54,159 nucleotides of DNA, from positions 1 through 54,159 of the forward strand of contig SVSW01000005.1 of NCBI GenBank assembly GCA_015064095.1, in the 5' to 3' direction. Shown piece after piece: positions 47,165 to 54,159 of the stretch (position 1 is its first letter; each line of letters opens with the position of its first letter). The stretch is from Oscillospiraceae bacterium (GTDB lineage Bacteria > Bacillota > Clostridia > Oscillospirales > CAG-272). The position numbers and the translations under genes were made by a program. The notes under the pieces are model-generated. The model was not told the DNA's origin. It searched no databases and saw nothing but the letters and a program-made list of their open reading frames with translations.

Positions 47165-47947
47165 ATGGCGCTGACTTATAAAATTGAACAGTTCGAAGGC
47201 CCGCTTGACCTCCTTCTTTCGCTTATTGCAAAGAACAAGGTTTCGATCGAGGATATTCCGATATCGCTGATCTGCGATCAGTACATGGACTATATCCGCG
47301 AGGCGGAACGCCTTGATATGGAGCTCGCCTCCGAATTTACTCTGATGGCATCGGAGCTTATGCTGATCAAAAGCAAAATGCTCCTGCCGCGCACGGCTGA
47401 CGACGAGGAAGACCCCCGCGCAACGCTTACCGATGCGCTTATCCGATATCAGCAAGCCAAGGCTGCGGCTTTGCAGTTCGCTCCGCTTTACGCCTATTAT
47501 TCGGGCAGACTTGCAAAGGATACGGACGAGGTCACAGTCGACAAAGCCTTTGTTGCCGACCAAGATCCTCTTTCGCTTTGTGCGGCGGTGCGGCGGATCA
47601 TCGCAAACACAAACGCCGATGTTCGCAACTCCGTTCAGGTGTTCTCGCCTATGATCAAAAAGCCCGTTGTGCCCGTTGAAGTCAAGATCGTCGGCATTCT
47701 GCGTCACCTTGAAAGCAAAAAAGGTGCGGCGACGCTTGACGAGCTGCTCTCCGACTCCGTTTCTCTGCCCGATATGATCGCCATTTTCATTGGCATTCTC
47801 GAGCTTGTCAAGGTGCGGCGTCTTATAATCTCGGATTCCGATGAGGACGAGCGCGGTATTCACGGCGCGCACACGACCTTCCGTATCAATGAGAACGAGG
47901 ACGACATAATAAAAGAAGAAAAAAAGGCGGATAATTCTTATGACTGA
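47165..47947 (+). CDS. scpA: Segregation and condensation protein A
   Basis: FEGPLDLLLSLI, IKSKMLLP, EEDPR and FIGILELVK motifs. Confidence 0.95.
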   Translation: MALTYKIEQFEGPLDLLLSLIAKNKVSIEDIPISLICDQYMDYIREAERLDMELASEFTLMASELMLIKSKMLLPRTADDEEDPRATLTDALIRYQQAKAAALQFAPLYAYYSGRLAKDTDEVTVDKAFVADQDPLSLCAAVRRIIANTNADVRNSVQVFSPMIKKPVVPVEVKIVGILRHLESKKGAATLDELLSDSVSLPDMIAIFIGILELVKVRRLIISDSDEDERGIHGAHTTFRINENEDDIIKEEKKADNSYD

Positions 47948-48545
47948 TAACATAAAAAACGAAGCTACAGCGCTCGAAGCCCTTTCGACCGTTGAGGATA
48001 TATGCCGCGCGATCGAGGCGATCCTCTTTGCCGCAGGCTATCCCGTTGCATACGAAAAGCTCGGCGAGGTGCTCGGGCTGACTGCAAAGGACGTAAAGCT
48101 GCTTTGCGAAAATCTTGCCGAAAAATATAACGGCGAGAGCTCGCCGCACGGCATCATGCTGGCACTTTTCCCCGATACCTGCCAGCTCTGCACCAAAGAA
48201 AAATTCCTCCCCTATATTCGCGAGGCTCTCGGTATTCGCCGCGGAGGAAATCTCTCCGCGTCGTCGCTTGAGGTGCTTGCCGTTGTCGCTTACAATCAGC
48301 CCGTCACAAGATCGTTTATAGATCAGGTGCGCGGAGTTGACAGCAGCTACGCTGTCGGATCGCTGATAGATAAAGGACTTATCGAATCCTGCGGACGTCT
48401 TGACGCCCCCGGTCGCCCCATGCTCTATGCCACCTCGGATAAATTTTTGCGTGTCTTCGGCTTCAATTCGCTTGACGATTTGCCGCAGACCGAGCCGCTT
48501 GTTGTCCCGGAAGCGGCACCTCTCGAAAACGAAGAACAGGAATAA
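47940..48545 (+). CDS. scpB: SMC-Scp complex subunit ScpB
   Basis: IEAILFAAG, LEVLAVVAYNQPVTR, RGVDS, PGRPMLY and FG..SLDDLP motifs. Confidence 0.96.
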   Translation: MTDNIKNEATALEALSTVEDICRAIEAILFAAGYPVAYEKLGEVLGLTAKDVKLLCENLAEKYNGESSPHGIMLALFPDTCQLCTKEKFLPYIREALGIRRGGNLSASSLEVLAVVAYNQPVTRSFIDQVRGVDSSYAVGSLIDKGLIESCGRLDAPGRPMLYATSDKFLRVFGFNSLDDLPQTEPLVVPEAAPLENEEQE

Positions 48546-48554
48546 GGAGCGCAA

Positions 48555-49280
48555 ATGACGGCATTAATCGTTATAGGCATTATTCTTCTCGTCATTTTCG
48601 GGATAGGAGCTATACGTGCCACCGTTTATATCGATTATGCGGACGATATTTCTCTTTACGTCCGCGTGCTCGGTATTAAGATCGGTATTCTCCCGAAAAA
48701 GGAAAAGAAGGTCAATATAAACAAATATTCGGCTAAAAAATTCCGCAAAATGCTCAAAAAGAAAGAGAATGCGGAGCGAAAAAAGCTCGAAAAAAAGAAG
48801 AAAAAGGACGAGCTTAAAAAGCAGAAAAAGCTTGAAAAGAAAAAGAAAAAGGACGCCGAAAAGCAGTATCGGAAGGATCACCCCGACGAGCCGAAAAAGG
48901 CTCATAAAAAGCTCTCGATCGGACAGATATTCCCCCTTGTCGGCGATGTGCTTTCAACTCTTTTCTCCCGTTTCGGGCGGCATTTTCGCATAAAGGTCGC
49001 GCGGCTCAATATCACCGTTGCAACGGGCGACGCGGCAACCACGGCGGTGCTTTACGGCGTTGCCGTTCAGGGCGTTGAATATATACTTGCCTTGCTCGAC
49101 AAAATGACAAACATCAAATACCGCCGCGATGCGGAGGTAAACGTTAACGTCGATTATCTTTCCGACGAAACCACCGTTGATATCGCACTTGCTTTCTCGC
49201 TTAGAGTTTGGCACGTTTTCGATCTTCTCTTCCGCGTGGCGTTTGCCGCTGCCAAAAACATTTTGAAACCGAAAAAATAA
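48555..49280 (+). CDS. DUF2953 / YtfI-like protein
   Basis: N-terminal TM, Lys-rich stretch, TGDAATTAVLYG motif; directly upstream of ytfJ. Confidence 0.75.
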   Translation: MTALIVIGIILLVIFGIGAIRATVYIDYADDISLYVRVLGIKIGILPKKEKKVNINKYSAKKFRKMLKKKENAERKKLEKKKKKDELKKQKKLEKKKKKDAEKQYRKDHPDEPKKAHKKLSIGQIFPLVGDVLSTLFSRFGRHFRIKVARLNITVATGDAATTAVLYGVAVQGVEYILALLDKMTNIKYRRDAEVNVNVDYLSDETTVDIALAFSLRVWHVFDLLFRVAFAAAKNILKPKK

Positions 49281-49310
49281 ATAATATACAACCCCGAAAG
49301 GATAAAAATT

Positions 49311-49760
49311 ATGCAGAACGAATCAAAACTTCAGGACCTTGTGCGCACCTCCCTTGAGAGCATTCGCACGCTTGTTGATGCAAACACCGTCATCGGCGAC
49401 CCAATCGTGACCGAGCAGGGCGTGACTATCATTCCCGTTTCGAAGATCTCCGTCGGCTATGCCTCGGGCGGTCTTGACTATGCAGTTAAAAACGAGCCGC
49501 AGAACAGCGCAAAGCCGAAAAACTTTGGCGGCGGCGGCGGAACGGGACTTTCGGTCGCTCCTATCGGATTTATCGTTATCAGCAAGACCGGCACCGTTGA
49601 CTTTATCAACGTCGGCATGAAGGTTCCGTCCGATCCCATAGGACAGATCTCAGATCTGCTTGACCGTTCCCCTGAGATCATCGGCAAGATCAAAGAGGCT
49701 TTTGCAAAGAAGCCCGCAGAAAACAAAGAAGAAGCTACGTCAGAAGAAGCCGCAGAATAA
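49311..49760 (+). CDS. ytfJ: Sporulation protein YtfJ (GerW family)
   Basis: VDANTVIGDPI..IIPVSKISVGYASGG..FGGGGGTG. Confidence 0.92.
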   Translation: MQNESKLQDLVRTSLESIRTLVDANTVIGDPIVTEQGVTIIPVSKISVGYASGGLDYAVKNEPQNSAKPKNFGGGGGTGLSVAPIGFIVISKTGTVDFINVGMKVPSDPIGQISDLLDRSPEIIGKIKEAFAKKPAENKEEATSEEAAE

Positions 49761-49825
49761 CGCTATCGGGCATATATCCGCCGTCGGTGAATATCATTTA
49801 ATATGATATTTTCGGAGGTGTATAT

Positions 49826-50890
49826 ATGCCCTTGCGCGCGCGAATACTCGCTTTTTCACTTGCGCTTTCCTTTTTAGTCATTCCCCTGCCCGTTTCGGCG
49901 CTTTCAACACAGCCCTCGGTTTCGGCATCTTCGGCGATACTGATCGACGGCGCGTCGGGGCGCGTGCTTTTTGAAAAAAATTCGTCAGTTCCGATGAAGC
50001 CCGCAAGCACGACTAAGATCATGACTGCGCTTGTTGCGCTTGAGCACGGAGATCTTGAAAAGACCGTTTCCGTCGATCCGCGTGCCGTGGGTGTTGAAGG
50101 CTCATCTGTCTATCTTAACGCAGGAGAAAGGCTAACACTCTCGGAGCTTATATATTGCCTTATGCTTGCCTCCGCAAATGACGCGGCGGCGGCGATCGCA
50201 TACGAGATTGCAGGCGGAATTCCCGAATTTGCCGAGCTTATGAACGAAAAAGCTCAAAAGCTCGGGCTTTTTTCCACGCATTTCGAAAACCCTCACGGGA
50301 TCGACGCGGAGGGGCATTACACAACGGCGGCAGATCTCGCGCGGCTGACTTTCTTTGCTCTGCAAAACGAAAAATTTGCCGAGATAGTTGCCACCAAACG
50401 CCGCGTTATAGACACCGATCTTGCGAGCCGTTCACTTTCAAATCACAATCGCCTGCTGCTCAGCTATAAGGGCTGCATCGGCGTTAAAACAGGCTTTACG
50501 AAAGCCTCGGGGCGCTGCCTTGTTTCCGCTGCCAAACGTGAAAATTTGACGCTTATTGCCGTCACTCTGCGCGCACCCGACGACTGGAACGACCACCGTA
50601 CCATGCTCGATTACGGATTTGAACACTACCGCGCCGAGCAGCTTTGCAGCGCAGGTCAGAGATTTTATGAAATGCCCGTGGTTTCGGGTGAAAAGGGGCG
50701 CGTCTTTTGCGTTGCGGGAAAAGACGTCTTTTTAACGCTTGCGCGTGAGCTTTCGGGCATCACCTATGTCGTTGAGTGTCAGCGCTTTCTTTTCTCCCTG
50801 CCGCGTGCCGGAACAGTTGGCGGACGGGTGGTTTTTTACCGTGACGGCAAGGAGGTTGCGCAAACGCGACTGTTATATTATATAATGTAA
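49826..50890 (+). CDS. D-alanyl-D-alanine carboxypeptidase (S11, DacB-like)
   Basis: Signal peptide; STTK (SxxK), SAN and KTG motifs; ytfJ-dacB-rluB context. Confidence 0.9.
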   Translation: MPLRARILAFSLALSFLVIPLPVSALSTQPSVSASSAILIDGASGRVLFEKNSSVPMKPASTTKIMTALVALEHGDLEKTVSVDPRAVGVEGSSVYLNAGERLTLSELIYCLMLASANDAAAAIAYEIAGGIPEFAELMNEKAQKLGLFSTHFENPHGIDAEGHYTTAADLARLTFFALQNEKFAEIVATKRRVIDTDLASRSLSNHNRLLLSYKGCIGVKTGFTKASGRCLVSAAKRENLTLIAVTLRAPDDWNDHRTMLDYGFEHYRAEQLCSAGQRFYEMPVVSGEKGRVFCVAGKDVFLTLARELSGITYVVECQRFLFSLPRAGTVGGRVVFYRDGKEVAQTRLLYYIM

Positions 50891-50898
50891 GGATTTTT

Positions 50899-51621
50899 AT
50901 GGAAATCAGACTTCAAAAATATTTTACAGACTGCGGCGTGCTTTCGCGCCGCGCCGCCGAAGCGGAAATCGCCGCAGGGCACGTCAAGGTCAACGGGGGC
51001 GTTGCAAAAGTTGGCGATAAGATAGATCCCGAGCGCGACACCGTCACTTGGCGAGGAAAAGCCGTCGAGGCGCAGACCGAGCGAAGGATATACGTTATGC
51101 TGAACAAGCCGCGCGGATATGTCACCACAATGTCAGATGACCGCGGCAGAAAATGCATAACCGAGCTTATCTCCGATATTGATGAGCGCATTTATCCCGT
51201 CGGACGCCTTGATATGGATTCGGACGGTCTTCTTCTGCTCACAAACGACGGTGAGCTGGCAAATTTTCTCACGCACCCGCGTCACGAAATACCGAAAATC
51301 TACCATGTTAAAGTAAAGGGCAAGCTGACAGGCAATGAGATACGGGAGATCGGAAAGCCGATTGAGATCGACGGCGCGGAAACGCAACCCGTACGGGTTA
51401 CTCTCGTTTCCACCGACCGCGACAGCTCCACTCTTGAAATGACCCTCTATGAGGGCAGAAATCGCCAGATCCGCCGTATGTGCGAGGCAAGAGGCGTTGA
51501 AATACTGCGTCTTTGCCGTATCGCCATCGGTGATATCACTCTTGGCAATCTTGCCCCCGGCAAATGGAAATATCTCACACGCTCACAGGTACAATATTTA
51601 AAAAAAGGAATTAAAAAATAA
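50899..51621 (+). CDS. rluB: RsuA/RluB-family rRNA pseudouridine synthase
   Basis: S4 domain (RLQKY..SRRAAE), GRLD catalytic Asp, EGRNRQIRRM. Confidence 0.85.
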   Translation: MEIRLQKYFTDCGVLSRRAAEAEIAAGHVKVNGGVAKVGDKIDPERDTVTWRGKAVEAQTERRIYVMLNKPRGYVTTMSDDRGRKCITELISDIDERIYPVGRLDMDSDGLLLLTNDGELANFLTHPRHEIPKIYHVKVKGKLTGNEIREIGKPIEIDGAETQPVRVTLVSTDRDSSTLEMTLYEGRNRQIRRMCEARGVEILRLCRIAIGDITLGNLAPGKWKYLTRSQVQYLKKGIKK

Positions 51622-51998
51622 TGCTTGAAGTAAAACCGATACAGTCAAAGGACGATCAGCGCGATTTTTGCGAGCGCGTCGGCGCGCGGTATGACGCAGA
51701 CCTGCTCGCTTATTCCCTTTTTGACGGCGACCGCCTTGTCGGCGTTTGCCAGTTTAAGCTGACACCCGAGGGCGGCAGCATTAAAAGCCTTGATCTGACC
51801 GACGAAAAATTTGATCTCATCTATATGCTCTGCGCGGGAACGCTCAATTTCATCGAGCTTTGCGGTGCGCTCTATGCTTATCTCGATCTTGATATCACGC
51901 CCACAAAGGCAAAGCTGCTCGGCTTTCTGCCCGACGAGCGCGGAAGATACAAGATCGATCTTAAAAAATTTTTCTCAAATCCGTGTAAATGTAAATAA
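51621..51998 (+). CDS. Hypothetical protein (125 aa)
   Basis: Start overlaps the rluB stop (TAATG); normal composition; followed by a terminator. Confidence 0.75.
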   Translation: MLEVKPIQSKDDQRDFCERVGARYDADLLAYSLFDGDRLVGVCQFKLTPEGGSIKSLDLTDEKFDLIYMLCAGTLNFIELCGALYAYLDLDITPTKAKLLGFLPDERGRYKIDLKKFFSNPCKCK

Positions 51999-52025
51999 AA
52001 AACGCCCGAGAGGGCGTTTTTTTAT
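51997..52025 (+). terminator. Intrinsic terminator
   Basis: AAAAAACGCCC-gaga-GGGCGTTTTTTT. Confidence 0.85.
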
Positions 52026-52169
52026 TGATATCGTTTTGGCAATTTATGGTAAATAAGCACAAAGTTTGTTGGTAAAATTTGTAAATTATTTTTGTTTGAA
52101 ACCTATTGCCAAATTTTACCAAATATGGTAATATATTAGTGTCAAAACACATCAAACGGAGGAAAAATT

Positions 52170-52955
52170 ATGGAATCAAATGTAAAAATACTGATAGCGG
52201 ACGAAAATCCCGCACAGCGCGCAAGTCTTCGCGAGGGGTTGACGCGCGCGGGGTATCGCATGATCGAGGAAGCGTCAAACGGAGAGGACGCGATCGGCAA
52301 GATCGGTCGCTTTCACCCCGATATCGCGATAATAGACGTCTGGCTCTCAAAGCTCGACGGTATCGGCGTGCTCCGCAATTGCCGCGCGCTTGATCTTGCA
52401 CCCGATCGCTCACCGTCTTTTATCGTTGTTTCAATGGTATCAAATCAAAATATATTTATGGAGGCTATGGGCGCGGGTGCTTCCCTTTGCCTGCTCAAGC
52501 CCTATGATATCGGCAGCCTGCTTGAGCATATAGACGCACTTGTTCGTGAGCGTCAAAAAGTCTCTGCCGCATCAAGCGAGGTCGCGGAGAGCAAGACCCC
52601 TGACATTGAAACTCAAGTTACGAAGATCATTCATCAGATCGGTGTTCCGGCGCATATCAAAGGCTACCAGTATCTGCGCACCGCGATCTTGCTTACGGTC
52701 AGCGACAGCGATATAATCAATTCCGTGACAAAGGTGCTTTACCCGAGCGTTGCCAAAAAATATTCGACGACCACGAGCCGCGTTGAGCGCGCGATACGCC
52801 ATGCCATTGAGGTGGCATGGGACAGAGGAGATGTGGATACGCTGAACAGTTATTTTGGATATACAATCCAAAACAATCGCGGAAAGCCAACGAACTCTGA
52901 ATTTATCGCGATGATCGCCGACAATCTCCGCCTTAAATACAAATTGTACAAATAA
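52170..52955 (+). CDS. spo0A: Sporulation master regulator Spo0A
   Basis: Receiver domain plus highly conserved C-terminal domain ([38 protein letters not shown]); SD GGAGG. Confidence 0.97.
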   Translation: MESNVKILIADENPAQRASLREGLTRAGYRMIEEASNGEDAIGKIGRFHPDIAIIDVWLSKLDGIGVLRNCRALDLAPDRSPSFIVVSMVSNQNIFMEAMGAGASLCLLKPYDIGSLLEHIDALVRERQKVSAASSEVAESKTPDIETQVTKIIHQIGVPAHIKGYQYLRTAILLTVSDSDIINSVTKVLYPSVAKKYSTTTSRVERAIRHAIEVAWDRGDVDTLNSYFGYTIQNNRGKPTNSEFIAMIADNLRLKYKLYK

Positions 52956-52957
52956 TG

Positions 52958-52985
52958 GAAAGCCCCCTCGGGGGGCTTTCTTTCT
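52958..52985 (+). terminator. Intrinsic terminator after spo0A
   Basis: GAAAGCCCCC-tcg-GGGGGCTTTC followed by TTTCT. Confidence 0.8.
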
Positions 52986-53005
52986 ATAATTTATTGATCA
53001 AGACC

Positions 53006-53034
53006 TTGACATATGGCGAAAAAAGTCATATAAT
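53006..53034 (+). promoter_or_regulatory. Consensus sigmaA promoter for aspartokinase
   Basis: TTGACA (53006-53011), 17 nt, TATAAT (53029-53034). Confidence 0.85.
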
Positions 53035-53067
53035 ATTAGAGTTAAGACTAATTTAGGAGAATTTAAA

Positions 53068-54159
53068 ATGGCAATTAAGGTAGTAAAATTCGGAGGCAGC
53101 TCTCTTGCCGATGCGGATCATTTCCGTCAGGTCGCTTCGATCATAAAGGCTGATCCTGCGCGCCGCTACGTCGTTCCCTCAGCACCCGGAAAGCGCTTTT
53201 CCGGCGACGAGAAGGTAACCGATATGCTCTATGCCTGCTATAATATGGCGAAGGCAGGCGAAAATATAGATGCTACATATGATAAGATCTGCGATCGCTA
53301 TAATTCCATAATCACCGATCTCGGACTTGATTTCGATATTTCGGGTGAGCTTGAATACATCAAAAATGCGATCATTCAGCGTCGCTCCGGCCGCGATTTT
53401 GCCGCAAGCCGCGGTGAATATCTCAACGGAATTATACTTGCAAAATATATCGGCTTTGATTTTATCGACGCCGAAAACGTCATTTTCTTCAAGGATAACG
53501 GCACTTACGACCATGAGTTGACCTATAAGGCCCTCGCAGAGGAGCTGAAAAATCACGAATACGCAATTATTCCCGGCTTTTACGGCGCTATGCCTAACGG
53601 CACGATCCGCACGTTCTCGCGCGGAGGCTCGGATATAACAGGCTCGATCGTTGCAAACGCCGCAGGTGCTGAGCTTTACGAAAACTGGACCGATGTTTCG
53701 GGCTTTATGACCGCCGATCCCCGTGTGGTCGACGACCCCGTTTCCATTGACACTGTGACCTACCGCGAGCTTCGTGAGCTTGCATACATGGGTGCGACCG
53801 TGCTCCACGACGAAGCTATCTTCCCCGTCCGCGCGGCTTCGATCCCGATCAATATCAGAAACACAAATGCCCCCGATGCCCCGGGCACGATGATCGTTGA
53901 ACATACCGACTCCTATGACACCGAGCGCGTTATCACCGGTATTGCCGGAAAGGGCGGCTTCTCCGCCATTAACGTCGAGGTTGAGAAAATGAACTCCACT
54001 CTCGGTTTCTCGCGCCGCGTGCTCGAGATCCTTGAGGAGCACGGCATGAATATCGAGCATCTCCCCACCGGCATTGATACGATGAGCCTCATCGTTCACA
54101 CCGAGGAGCTTGACCGCTGCCGTGAAAAGCTCGTCAATTCCCTTACCCGTCTTTTAAAG
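53068..54159 (+). CDS. Aspartate kinase (3'-truncated by window edge; not in ORF track)
   Basis: Manual translation: MAIKVVKFGGSSLADA..VVPSAPGKR..ASRGEYLN..PGFYG..TFSRGGSDITG..WTDVSG..ADPR..YRELRELAYMGA; SD AGGAG. Confidence 0.95.
   Translation, partial: MAIKVVKFGGSSLADADHFRQVASIIKADPARRYVVPSAPGKRFSGDEKVTDMLYACYNMAKAGENIDATYDKICDRYNSIITDLGLDFDISGELEYIKNAIIQRRSGRDFAASRGEYLNGIILAKYIGFDFIDAENVIFFKDNGTYDHELTYKALAEELKNHEYAIIPGFYGAMPNGTIRTFSRGGSDITGSIVANAAGAELYENWTDVSGFMTADPRVVDDPVSIDTVTYRELRELAYMGATVLHDEAIFPVRAASIPINIRNTNAPDAPGTMIVEHTDSYDTERVITGIAGKGGFSAINVEVEKMNSTLGFSRRVLEILEEHGMNIEHLPTGIDTMSLIVHTEELDRCREKLVNSLTRLLK

Noticed and set aside
48700-48910. A-rich, Lys-rich low-complexity stretch as a possible frameshift or phase-variation site
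   Set aside because: The frame stays open, homopolymer runs are short, and the downstream conserved motif is in frame.
49770-49800. sigmaE-like promoter upstream of the dacB-like gene (GCATATA..AATATCAT)
   Set aside because: The context is plausible, but spacing and the -10 match are too weak to call.
53179-54099. 306-aa minus-strand ORF
   Set aside because: It is the antisense shadow of the plus-strand aspartokinase and has no recognisable motifs.

Overview
This window comes from a spore-forming Clostridia-class (Firmicutes) genome, inferred from spo0A, ytvI, a GerA/SpoVAF-family gene, ytfJ, a dacB-like gene, trmFO and an L20 leader. Most of it is housekeeping: alaS; a minus-strand run infC-rpmI-rplT, TrmH-family methyltransferase, dprA-topA-trmFO-plsX-rnc-radical SAM-smc-ftsY-rdgB-yhbY-nadD-yqeK-rsfS; and a plus-strand run lon-engB-M50 protease-scpA-scpB-DUF2953-ytfJ-dac-rluB-hypothetical-spo0A-aspartokinase (3'-truncated and absent from the ORF track). 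Three parts stand out. (1) A 15.5-kb, seven-gene carbohydrate-ABC-type operon encodes a 1310-aa solute-binding protein, four permeases, an NHL-TPR-Yip1 fusion and an 1831-aa DUF5696-like protein with a ~765-aa helical insertion. It has no ATPase, regulator or recognisable hydrolase, and is preceded by a ~300-nt densely structured 5' leader with competing helices that I cannot assign to a known RNA family. (2) A lipoprotein is built almost entirely of His/Cys repeats. (3) A promoter-and-terminator-bounded ~120-nt candidate sRNA sits next to a cluster of Spo0A-box-like heptamers between infC and lon. I saw no CRISPR array, tRNA, rRNA or transposase. Family assignments come from motif recognition by eye, not database searches.
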